A DNA stretch of 46,268 bases from a virus (lineage: Duplodnaviria > Caudoviricetes), in the IMG/VR virus record IMGVR_UViG_3300033485_000031, positions 1-46,268 of that record; one strand, given 5' to 3'. Of the stretch, positions 1 to 7,951 are shown piece by piece (the stretch's first letter is position 1; every line of letters starts with the position of its first letter). Both the position numbers and the translations under genes were made by a program. Below the pieces are notes generated by a model. That model was not told where the DNA came from, made no database searches, and saw nothing but the letters and a program-made list of their open reading frames with translations.

Positions 1-127
1 TCTGAACAGCCAATATGTTTGGCTTGAATATCTCCCGTATGCTCAAGCGCTCATGGATGCGATGGCGATGCTCGATCCCGAGGTGATGAACGCCATTCGC
101 GAGGCAATGATGAACGCCGACCTATCT
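1..127. repeat. Terminal direct repeat (circular assembly overlap), copy 1
   Basis: 1-127 is identical to 46142-46268 and the capsid ORF reads in frame across the junction. Confidence 0.97.
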
Positions 128-268
128 GATCAATTGTTGCCCTTGGATATGATGATCAAGGAACTCGGTGCCACGGGCGCGGCCGATAAATTGATGCTTG
201 GAGCCTTTCCCACGCTTGTGGTCAGCCGCCCGAACGCTTGCGGCATGCGAAAAAACATCAGCGTTTGA
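1..268 (+). CDS. Major capsid protein, 3' part
   Basis: Same frame as the 45330 ORF after circularisation; ends LVVSRPNACGMRKNISV. Confidence 0.85.
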   Translation, partial: LNSQYVWLEYLPYAQALMDAMAMLDPEVMNAIREAMMNADLSDQLLPLDMMIKELGATGAADKLMLGAFPTLVVSRPNACGMRKNISV

Positions 269-300
269 TTCTTCACCCATAAGTTTTTTAGAGGCACTGC

Positions 301-825
301 ATGAAATTCAAGGCGACGAAGGCCAAGGTGGCCTTCAAACTTCCCGGACAGCCGGGCGACCGAAAAGAAATTACCCTTAAAGAGGGTGAAACCGTCGAAA
401 TTCAGGAACGGTATGCCCGCGCCTTTGCCACCGGCGGCAAGGGGAATCGAGGCCTTGCTGGGCAGCTCGGGCTTGTTCCTGCGACCGCTGAGGATGAGCG
501 TTTGCTGAATGCTGCAACGACCATTCAAGGCAAAACACAAAACGCCGTGAACCATGACGAGCTGGCCAAACGAACCGCGCGCATGGAAGCGGAGCTTGTC
601 GAGCTTCGCGAAAACGCTGCCAAGGGCGGCGGACAGGCCGCGCAGCGGGAAATCGAAAGGCTTCAAGCGTTGCTCAAATCGAGCGAGCAAGAGCGCGCCC
701 AGCTTTCCGAAAAGCTCATGAGCTTTGAAAGCCGGTTGACCATGCTTGAAGCGGACCAAAAGCCCAAGCCCGCCAAGCCCGCCAAGCCCCATAAGGCCGA
801 CTCTCCCGAGAGCTCCGAGGGCTGA
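301..825 (+). CDS. Hypothetical protein, coiled-coil C-terminal half (head-associated)
   Basis: GAGG RBS; position after capsid; heptad-rich; KPAKPAKP tail. Confidence 0.7.
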   Translation: MKFKATKAKVAFKLPGQPGDRKEITLKEGETVEIQERYARAFATGGKGNRGLAGQLGLVPATAEDERLLNAATTIQGKTQNAVNHDELAKRTARMEAELVELRENAAKGGGQAAQREIERLQALLKSSEQERAQLSEKLMSFESRLTMLEADQKPKPAKPAKPHKADSPESSEG

Positions 826-1242
826 GTGCCGCCCCCGCTGACAGAGGCGGAAGAGCTTGAAGTAGCTCTTTTGCTTGGGTATCCAGCGGACTACCGCAAT
901 GAAAACCCGCTTTTTTACGGTGCTTTTCAGCGGATCAACGCCTCAGTAGCAATCTATAACAAGACCGTTTCAATCCTCGCTCAAGTGGCCGCGCTTGATT
1001 CGTCCATTGCATCCACCGCCACAACGGCAGGCATCAAGCTTTTGGACAAGGGGGATATTGAGTTTTTCGGCAAAGGAAACGCTCAGTTTGAAGCCCTTAA
1101 CCAGCAGAAGCGCGTGCTGGCAGGATTGATGTCGAACTTATGCGGCGTGGCCATTTTGAACGACATCACAAGCGGCAAAGGTTACGAAAACTCTCTTTTC
1201 TGGGGGCCTGCTCAATGCGGAAAGCCCTCAACCCAATGGTGA
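826..1242 (+). CDS. Putative head-tail adaptor
   Basis: 138 aa helical protein in neck position. Confidence 0.5.
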   Translation: MPPPLTEAEELEVALLLGYPADYRNENPLFYGAFQRINASVAIYNKTVSILAQVAALDSSIASTATTAGIKLLDKGDIEFFGKGNAQFEALNQQKRVLAGLMSNLCGVAILNDITSGKGYENSLFWGPAQCGKPSTQW

Positions 1243-1246
1243 TTCA

Positions 1247-1783
1247 ATGGCTGTTCAATGCGTAATCGGCGGCGATGTTTTGATCAAACTGCTTCTTCGC
1301 GAACACAACAACGCAGTGCAGGCGATTGCGGAGTTGGAATCACGCGTCCATGCCGATCGGTCAAGCGAGAGCGCGGGCGCGCGTGATTTGCCTTCAAGCA
1401 CCGCACTTGAGGTCACAGCCCCCAACGCCACAAACCTGGCTACGGCGATCACGCTGGCCTTGGACCTGAAGCGCGTGGCGTTTGCCCATTTCCGCGATGA
1501 CCTTGCCCACAAAGAAGCGGGCGAGTTTGATTTGGGTGTTGTAGATCCCACGAATGAGGCCTCTTTGGTCGCATGGTGTACGGCTTACAAAGTTGAGCAC
1601 AACGGGCATTTGGAGGACACTGACAAGCACTTGATTGCCGATGTCACAAATGCAATCGCTGCCTCGACGCCTACGGATTTGGCCGAGTGCATCACGTTGC
1701 TAAACGAAGCCAAGACCGACCTGAACGCCCACATCCTCGACGCGCCCACCGGCCCCCAAAAGATTCGAGACTTGACCGAATGA
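1247..1783 (+). CDS. Putative virion structural or decoration protein with internal repeat (ATNLATAITLALDLK / PTDLAECITLLNEAK)
   Basis: Two similar helical repeats; inside the head operon. Confidence 0.55.
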   Translation: MAVQCVIGGDVLIKLLLREHNNAVQAIAELESRVHADRSSESAGARDLPSSTALEVTAPNATNLATAITLALDLKRVAFAHFRDDLAHKEAGEFDLGVVDPTNEASLVAWCTAYKVEHNGHLEDTDKHLIADVTNAIAASTPTDLAECITLLNEAKTDLNAHILDAPTGPQKIRDLTE

Positions 1784-2259
1784 AAACGAGTTTGCTTGCT
1801 TTATTTGTTTGCCTTTGCGCATGCGGAACCACGATCGATCCGTTGCCCATTCAGGACGCAGGGATGGATGGCGCGGGCGGGAGTGCAGGCGCGGGCGGCT
1901 TCGGTGGAAGCGGCGGGGCCGATCCATATCCCATTGGCGAGTGCATGACCTTCGACGCCTACCCAGGCGAAGGCGCGGCGTGTGCCGTTGACGCCGATTG
2001 CATGCCCACCACAAACCCGTGCGCGCCCTCCGCATGCATGTCCGGCCATTGTGTCCTGCTCGATCCTGGGGAGGGCCAGCCAGGCATGTGCAAAGAGGGC
2101 TGGTTTTGTAGGTATCTTGACAAGGCCGGCCCGCCGTATGGCTGTTGTCGCAATCCGCCACAATGCATTTATGACGCCTCAAACAATTGCCAGGTGAGCG
2201 GCCAATGCCCTTATTCCCCTGGGCTTTGGTGCAATCCTGACGGCTTTTGCTGCCAATGA
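1780..2259 (+). CDS. Cys-rich lipoprotein with Gly/Ala linker (myxobacterial type)
   Basis: Signal peptide MKTSLLALFVCLCAC with lipobox-like Cys; GAGGSAGAGGFGGSGG linker; many spaced Cys; ATGA overlaps at both ends. Confidence 0.75.
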   Translation: MKTSLLALFVCLCACGTTIDPLPIQDAGMDGAGGSAGAGGFGGSGGADPYPIGECMTFDAYPGEGAACAVDADCMPTTNPCAPSACMSGHCVLLDPGEGQPGMCKEGWFCRYLDKAGPPYGCCRNPPQCIYDASNNCQVSGQCPYSPGLWCNPDGFCCQ

Positions 2260-2723
2260 CCATTCGTGATGCAGTCCTTCCCATCCTCGATGCCGGCCGC
2301 GAATCCCTAGATATTGATTTTGGCCTTCGCCGCTACAGCCTGGCTTTATTCACGCGCGAATGGCCAGTAGGCACGATCCCCGGTGCCCACGGTGTAACCC
2401 CCGCAGAAACCACCATGCCGCTCGTTGTAGGAGCATCGGGGCGCCCCAAGGTCATGCAGTTGAGCGCGCGCGAGATTGCCGCTTCTGGAGGCCTTTACGA
2501 GGACCGCGATCTTCGTGTCGGCCCGTTCACCCCGCCCTTTGATGGAGGCGGCGCCGAGCCTGATTGGTTCCGCCCTTCAGTTTCAGGCGACCGCAAAGAA
2601 TACTATGTGCAGGTTTCCAACGCAGACACGGGCGAAGAAAACGAGCTCTACAAGATCCTTTCGGTTGATCAATCAAGGCCTCTCCGTTGGATGATGGTCA
2701 TCCGCAAGACCGGGGCGATCTGA
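2256..2723 (+). CDS. Putative head closure (stopper) protein
   Basis: Beta-rich, about 155 aa, neck position, coupled start. Confidence 0.5.
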   Translation: MTIRDAVLPILDAGRESLDIDFGLRRYSLALFTREWPVGTIPGAHGVTPAETTMPLVVGASGRPKVMQLSAREIAASGGLYEDRDLRVGPFTPPFDGGGAEPDWFRPSVSGDRKEYYVQVSNADTGEENELYKILSVDQSRPLRWMMVIRKTGAI

Positions 2724-3118
2724 TGCCTGATTTTAAGCCTTTCGCCCGCTGGTTTGAGCCGCGCATGCAGGCCGCAACGCTGGCCGTTGCAAAGCGTGGG
2801 CAGCTCATCATCGGAAACACGGCGCCGATAAAAACGGGCTACATGCGCAGCCCTGCGCCTGAAGGCTCGACGGAGATTGATCGGACGGAGCTTGCAAGCG
2901 GGCGGACAAAGGTCATGGTGACGGCGATTTATGCGCCTTTTGTGGACGATGGAGCGGGCGGCCGAAAGCGTGGCGCGGGCTTTTCCAAACGGGCGCGTGA
3001 CATGCTGGACGACCAAGCATCAAAGGTTTTCCGCGATCGGCTTCTCGCCCCATTCAGCGCGGGCGGAGATGGCGGCGAAAGCGCAGCATCAGCCGGCGGA
3101 TTGAGGGGCTACCGATGA
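2723..3118 (+). CDS. HK97 gp10-like neck or tail completion protein
   Basis: APIKTGYMRS...YAPFVDDG resembles the PVxTGxLRxS...YAxxVExG pattern. Confidence 0.6.
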   Translation: MPDFKPFARWFEPRMQAATLAVAKRGQLIIGNTAPIKTGYMRSPAPEGSTEIDRTELASGRTKVMVTAIYAPFVDDGAGGRKRGAGFSKRARDMLDDQASKVFRDRLLAPFSAGGDGGESAASAGGLRGYR

Positions 3119-3900
3119 ACGAAGAGAGCGGCTTTTTTGGCGCTGGAAACGTCCAGTTTCCGTTGACCACATCGAATGCAAAATCGCTTTTGGAGGATGC
3201 TGACCCGGCTGTGTTCTGGATCGGTAAATACCTTAAAGCGATGTTGGAGCATCACGCGGGAGCGCGCATGGCCGCGGCGTTTGCGGCGGCTGGGCTGACG
3301 AAGCGCGATGGCTCACCCGCTGGAATTGTGGGCACGCTTTACGGCCACGACCCGATCCCAAACGGAACGGTTTTCCAAGGTGACTTCCCGTTGCTTGGCG
3401 TGTTTCGCACCACCTCAGAACAAGGCAAAACCGGCACGGTTTCCGAGCACGTTTCGACCGCGCACAACGCCGTTTTGGTAAGCTTTATTCATGTTCTTTA
3501 TGTGCTGCCCCCGCTCACTGCTGCCCAGGCAAATCAGCTATTGCCAGTGCTCCGAATCGTTGAAACCATTACGCTTGAAAAGCTCTGGCTCGGCTTTGAT
3601 CCAAATTGGGAGGACGGCGAGCTTGTACGCGTGAAAGCCGGATGCGCATCAATCCGATTTGTGGGCTCGGAATACGGCACAACGATGCCCGGGCCATCGC
3701 AGGGAGAGCAGCGCAGAGAAGAGGGCGCGCGAGGGCGTTATCCCGTGATAATGATGCGCTTGGAGATCGCGGAAGAGCGCACGTATTCGACGGCCACCGA
3801 GGCCAATCAGCCATTGGAAGGCGTCGACATTGAAGTGCAGGCAGACCACGAAAACGGAGCTGTAACGATTGCAGAAATCAAGGTGGATTATGGCGATTAA
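3115..3900 (+). CDS. Putative tail terminator
   Basis: Position just before the sheath; FPLLGVFR segment; 261 aa. Confidence 0.45.
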   Translation: MNEESGFFGAGNVQFPLTTSNAKSLLEDADPAVFWIGKYLKAMLEHHAGARMAAAFAAAGLTKRDGSPAGIVGTLYGHDPIPNGTVFQGDFPLLGVFRTTSEQGKTGTVSEHVSTAHNAVLVSFIHVLYVLPPLTAAQANQLLPVLRIVETITLEKLWLGFDPNWEDGELVRVKAGCASIRFVGSEYGTTMPGPSQGEQRREEGARGRYPVIMMRLEIAEERTYSTATEANQPLEGVDIEVQADHENGAVTIAEIKVDYGD

Positions 3901-4156
3901 AAAGGTTTTGAAGGTTCGCCCCGTGGAGGGGCGGCTCGTCACGAACTACGAGCATCAGGCGAACGGAACGCTTGCGTTTGTTGGTCACAAGGCTAAGCGC
4001 GATGGAGCTGTGACGCGCTGGAAACTGATTGAAAACGTCGTTGAACTGCCAGATCGAGCAGAATATAGGCATGCGGTCAAGCGCGGCGACTTGAAGGCTG
4101 CAACGCTCGAAACTGCAAAGATCTGCGGCACCACCATGGAGGCTCCCAATGCCTGA
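3890..4156 (+). CDS. Small pre-sheath protein (Mu gp38/DUF2635-like)
   Basis: KVRPVEGRLV...YRHAVKRGDL pattern; coupled to the sheath gene. Confidence 0.55.
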   Translation: MAIKKVLKVRPVEGRLVTNYEHQANGTLAFVGHKAKRDGAVTRWKLIENVVELPDRAEYRHAVKRGDLKAATLETAKICGTTMEAPNA

Positions 4157-5687
4157 TTCAATTTCGCTTACCGGTTTTGGAATCAACGACCCTTTGCCCG
4201 CCGTTCGCCTCGAAATCAATTTTGGCGTGGGCGATGCTTCGCTTTCGCAGGGGCCGCAAAGTGTCGTGCTTGTTGGATCGAAATCGGCGGCAGGAATCGC
4301 CACTCTGGACACCGAAATCTACGGCCCGCTCTCGTCGCCAGCGCTGCTTTCGGCGGAAGATGCCAAGACGCTTTTCGGCCCTGGTTCCGAGCTGGCCCGC
4401 ATGTACGAGCGCTTCATCAAGGCAAACCCTTCAACGCCTGTTTACGCCGTAGCAATTACGCCCGGTGAATCTGCGGTTGCGGCTGATGGCGATGTGGTTT
4501 TGACGGGGCCTGCGACGGCAAACGGAAGCATCAAATATTCGTTGTCACGCACTGAATTCGTTGAGATCGGTTTCATCACCGGCGAAAGCATCACGACGAT
4601 TGGCGATCGTTTGGAGGAAGCAATAAACGCCGAAATTGATTGGCCGATTACGGCCTCCAATGCGGCTGGCACGATCACGATGACTGCGAAATGCCTTGGC
4701 CCGCGCGGCAATCAGATCCGCCACATAGTCGCTGTATTGCCGATCACGGGCACGGGTATCACGGCCACGCCCACGGCCTCGACAGCGCTTTCGGGTGGAA
4801 CGGTCAATGATGACATCGATGCGGCTTTGCAGACGATTGCAAACACCAAATTCAGCTACATAGTTTTGGCGCACGCCGACTCTTCGAACATCACGGCGGC
4901 GGCAACCTATGTGGCGACTGAAGCGCTCCCCATGGGCGGCAAAAGGCAGCGCTTGATCGTGGCCTCGGTGGATACTTTGGCGGGCGCAATTGCAATCACC
5001 ACGGCGCTCAATTTCAGCCGCGCAGAATTGATCTGGCTGGAGGAGGCGGATGAGCAGACAGGCCAGCTTGCCGCGCAGGCTGCTGCGATTTACACATCCG
5101 GCGAGAGTGCCGCTGTTTTCCAGGTCAATTGGGATGGGTTTCCCGCCAGTGATTCGCAGCGCGCGCAATGGTTCGTCCAGGCACCTTTGAGCGGCGAGAA
5201 GGCGACGGTTGCGGAGCTGCAAGCGGCGCTGAACGCGGGGGTGACGCCGATCTCTGTGGACCAGCAGAACAACACCAAATTGGAGCGCAGGATCACTACC
5301 AAATACCAAACGAACGCGGCCCCCGACTACCGCGTGCGGGATGCCCACAACGTCAGCGTTTGCGACTACTACGGCGATAAAATCTACGAGGTCATGACCC
5401 TCAAATATTCGCAGCGGACGCTCATCGATAACCTCCCCGATGGGAAGACCCCTGCGAGCAATCCAAAACTTGTGCAGATCAAAGAGCTCAAAGCCGAAAC
5501 CAACAAACTGACGCGTCAGTTTGGCGTGGAACAGGGAGGGCTCGGGCTCACAAAAAACGCTGGCGAGACGATTTCGAAGACCGTTGTGGAGCGTTCAACC
5601 AACACAAACCGCGTGAATATTCAGGTTCCGCTTCAACCGGTGGATCTTCTCCATCAGGTTGCAATCGAGATCAATCAAGTCGCTTGA
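4149..5687 (+). CDS. Tail sheath protein (Mu gpL-like)
   Basis: 512 aa; AKTLFGPGSELARM, TAKCLGPRGN, ALNAGVTPI, RRITTKYQ, RVNIQVP motifs of Mu-type sheaths. Confidence 0.9.
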   Translation: MPDSISLTGFGINDPLPAVRLEINFGVGDASLSQGPQSVVLVGSKSAAGIATLDTEIYGPLSSPALLSAEDAKTLFGPGSELARMYERFIKANPSTPVYAVAITPGESAVAADGDVVLTGPATANGSIKYSLSRTEFVEIGFITGESITTIGDRLEEAINAEIDWPITASNAAGTITMTAKCLGPRGNQIRHIVAVLPITGTGITATPTASTALSGGTVNDDIDAALQTIANTKFSYIVLAHADSSNITAAATYVATEALPMGGKRQRLIVASVDTLAGAIAITTALNFSRAELIWLEEADEQTGQLAAQAAAIYTSGESAAVFQVNWDGFPASDSQRAQWFVQAPLSGEKATVAELQAALNAGVTPISVDQQNNTKLERRITTKYQTNAAPDYRVRDAHNVSVCDYYGDKIYEVMTLKYSQRTLIDNLPDGKTPASNPKLVQIKELKAETNKLTRQFGVEQGGLGLTKNAGETISKTVVERSTNTNRVNIQVPLQPVDLLHQVAIEINQVA

Positions 5688-5711
5688 CATCTTCCGATGG
5701 GCGGATAAAGT
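5684..5711 (+). promoter_or_regulatory. Sigma70-like promoter of the moron (TTGACA-N16-TAAAGT)
   Basis: The -35 overlaps the sheath stop codon. Confidence 0.6.
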
Positions 5712-5737
5712 CGCCCCGTTGCTCATTCCTTCCCCAC

Positions 5738-5776
5738 AGCCCTGCCGGACAGCTCCTACCGGCAGGGCTTCTTTCT
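5738..5776 (+). terminator. Intrinsic terminator-like hairpin
   Basis: AGCCCTGCCGG / CCGGCAGGGCT stem followed by TCTTTCT. Confidence 0.6.
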
Positions 5777-5791
5777 ATCAAGAGGTTTCCA

Positions 5792-6097
5792 ATGGCTGGT
5801 TTTGAAGTCGTGCTAAAAGAGCTCAAGAAGTTTGATGGGCAACGGTTTTGCCGCGCCGGATGGAACGGAAAACGCATGTGGATCGCGAGCATGTCGGGCC
5901 TCAAATTGCCTGCTGCATCCAGCGCGATGCCGGGCCCGAAAGTCAATGAGCGCACGGCGCTGTTGATCGGCAAGGATGCGCCGCTGGATTCGCAGCCGTA
6001 CATTGTGATGTGGACGGCCGAGCAAAAATGGCAGCCAGGGTTCTTACTGAGCCAAGCTGATGTTTTTGCTGAGGACTGGCAGCCTTTCGCTGGATAA
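5792..6097 (+). CDS. DUF2829 / Thoeris anti-defence Tad2-like protein
   Basis: RAGWNGKRMWI...PYIVMWTAEQKWQPGFLLSQADVFAEDW fits the RxGWNGK...SQxDxxAEDW signature; AGAGG RBS. Confidence 0.85.
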   Translation: MAGFEVVLKELKKFDGQRFCRAGWNGKRMWIASMSGLKLPAASSAMPGPKVNERTALLIGKDAPLDSQPYIVMWTAEQKWQPGFLLSQADVFAEDWQPFAG

Positions 6098-6120
6098 ACA
6101 GCATCGCGAAAACTAATCCG

Positions 6121-6159
6121 CCCAGCGGCGCCCATGGCCCTGCTGGGCTTCTTTCTTTT
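6121..6159 (+). terminator. Intrinsic terminator after the DUF2829 gene
   Basis: CCCAGCGG...CTGCTGGG stem plus CTTCTTTCTTTT. Confidence 0.55.
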
Positions 6160-6236
6160 GTGCCGCATCACCAATCCGAAAAAGCGTTGTGAAGCTGCGC
6201 GCGCCTCATATTCTTGGCGGCGAAGGAGCTGTTTTT

Positions 6237-6761
6237 ATGAGCAACGCAAAGGATGTTTTCGAAATGGTTTTTCAGGCCGAATGCGAACACCGCCAAAAAG
6301 GCGAGAGCATACCGGAACCCGCGCATGAGCAGACGCGAAGAGACGCGGCGGTGCTGGGGATCGAGCTTCCACCGCTGCCTGATTGGGCTCAAAAACACAT
6401 CGATCCGGCGGACCAAAGCGGGCTTGCAACAATGCCGATCGAGGCACTGCGGAAACTGCCCATTGAACGGCGCGAGTTGATTTGTGAATTCCCATGCGGC
6501 GCGCTCGTGTGGTCGCTCGAAGACTCTGAATATGCCTACATTATGCAAATGGACGTGTGCCAAGTATTTTCGTCGATGGGGATGAAGAGCGGCGAAAAGC
6601 TAAACGCTGGCGTGATGGTTTTAACGCTGTATTTCCCGCATCAAGATCGGCCGGCTACGGTCGCGGCAACGATTGCCGAGCGTGTTAAAATCATCGGCTA
6701 TCACGCAGGGCTGACCCCGGAAAATTTGCGCCTTGCGCTGCTCACGGAAGCCGAGGCTTGA
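6237..6761 (+). CDS. Hypothetical protein (second moron gene)
   Basis: AAGGAG RBS before ATG 6237; 174 aa. Confidence 0.7.
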   Translation: MSNAKDVFEMVFQAECEHRQKGESIPEPAHEQTRRDAAVLGIELPPLPDWAQKHIDPADQSGLATMPIEALRKLPIERRELICEFPCGALVWSLEDSEYAYIMQMDVCQVFSSMGMKSGEKLNAGVMVLTLYFPHQDRPATVAATIAERVKIIGYHAGLTPENLRLALLTEAEA

Positions 6762-6831
6762 CTTTCTACGCTGGCTTGAAACAATAGCGGCCTCCTAACT
6801 GCCCGGGCAGAACCCCCGCGCAGAAAACCCC

Positions 6832-6874
6832 GATGGCCGATCGTGGACTCCCCATGATCGGCCATCTTCTTTTT
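6832..6874 (+). terminator. Intrinsic terminator-like hairpin before the tube gene
   Basis: GATGGCCGATCGTGG / CCATGATCGGCCATC stem plus TTCTTTTT. Confidence 0.65.
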
Positions 6875-6885
6875 GTGGTGCAAGA

Positions 6886-7257
6886 ATGGCAACTTACGAG
6901 AGCACAGGGCAGCTAGTAATCGACGGCGTGCCGGCCTACGATTTGACAGGGCTCACAAAGACCACGGACGCCCAAAAAAACCGCGTTTTCACAAGCGAAG
7001 GCTTTGCAGGCATATCGCGGGGCGCGGGCTTCACCGAAATTCAGGTGATGCGCGCCATTCCAATCGCTGGTTCAAATATCGACGTTGAGCAATACGTCGA
7101 TTCAAGCAACAGTGTGCCGGTGCAGGTTTTCACGGGCGGGAAAGTTTACGCCTTTGATGCTCATTTTGAGCGCTCGACGAATACAACAGGCGTGAACAGA
7201 GCGGCTGAAAACGCCTTCACACTGGTTGGCCCGCTCACCCTTGGGATTCCAGCGTGA
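6886..7257 (+). CDS. Tail tube protein
   Basis: 123 aa, beta-rich, between sheath and chaperone. Confidence 0.75.
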   Translation: MATYESTGQLVIDGVPAYDLTGLTKTTDAQKNRVFTSEGFAGISRGAGFTEIQVMRAIPIAGSNIDVEQYVDSSNSVPVQVFTGGKVYAFDAHFERSTNTTGVNRAAENAFTLVGPLTLGIPA

Positions 7258-7901
7258 GCAAGCCCGGCGAAGAATTCAGCGGCAAGTGGCCATTGATTTG
7301 CGCAGGCGCGCGGCATAGCGAGGTCGTGCCGTTTCCGCGATTGCTGGCCGATGGCTCGCCGGTTTGCTATTTGCGCATTCGGAATCTCACCCTTGCGGAA
7401 GTCGGCCAAGCGACGGCCCGCGCTCATGCGAGATCGGCCGCTGCAATCCGGGCAAGCGATCCAACCTATAAGGGCGAAATAAGCCGCGAATCGCAGGCGT
7501 ACCGCGATGTTTTTGAGCAATTTGCCGCACTTGAACAGCTCAAACGCGCATGTCGAGATCTCGATGACCCAAGTAAGCCATTTTTCCCAGCAGCCGATGC
7601 GGAGCACGCGCCGAAAACCGCAATCGAGGCCGTATTGGTCCAGGAAGAGATCGCCTCACTTTATCAGCGGCTTATGGTTTTCCGCATCCAAACAAGCCCC
7701 GATAAATACTCGGTGGATGATGCGCAAATTGACCAATTGGTCAAGCGCATGGAGGCAGGCGAAGATCCCACCTTTTTTTTATCTGGCTTGAAATTGGATC
7801 TCGTGATTCGGCTAGCGCCGCTTTTAATACTGAAGCTTTGCAGCTCACTGAGGGACAAGTATGGATCTGGCAGCTCTGCCGATCAGGCTACAACCTCGTG
7901 A
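7254..7901 (+). CDS. Tail assembly chaperone (G); -1 frameshift product (G-T) ends at 7948
   Basis: Position before the tape measure gene; ACC TTT TTT TTA slippery run at 7770-7781; -1 frame open to TGA 7946-7948. Confidence 0.75.
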   Translation: MSKPGEEFSGKWPLICAGARHSEVVPFPRLLADGSPVCYLRIRNLTLAEVGQATARAHARSAAAIRASDPTYKGEISRESQAYRDVFEQFAALEQLKRACRDLDDPSKPFFPAADAEHAPKTAIEAVLVQEEIASLYQRLMVFRIQTSPDKYSVDDAQIDQLVKRMEAGEDPTFFLSGLKLDLVIRLAPLLILKLCSSLRDKYGSGSSADQATTS

Positions 7902-7951
7902 TGGAGCGCGAATGGGAGCGGAAAAGGAGCGAGGCCAAGGCCCGGTGAATT

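Noticed and set aside
1-127. 127-bp terminal repeat as a biological direct terminal repeat
   Set aside because: The length matches an assembler k-mer and it falls inside the capsid gene; it shows circularity only
967-982. GTTTCAATCCTCGCTC resembling a CRISPR repeat end
   Set aside because: Inside a coding frame (TVSILAQ), with no matching hairpin or second copy at array spacing
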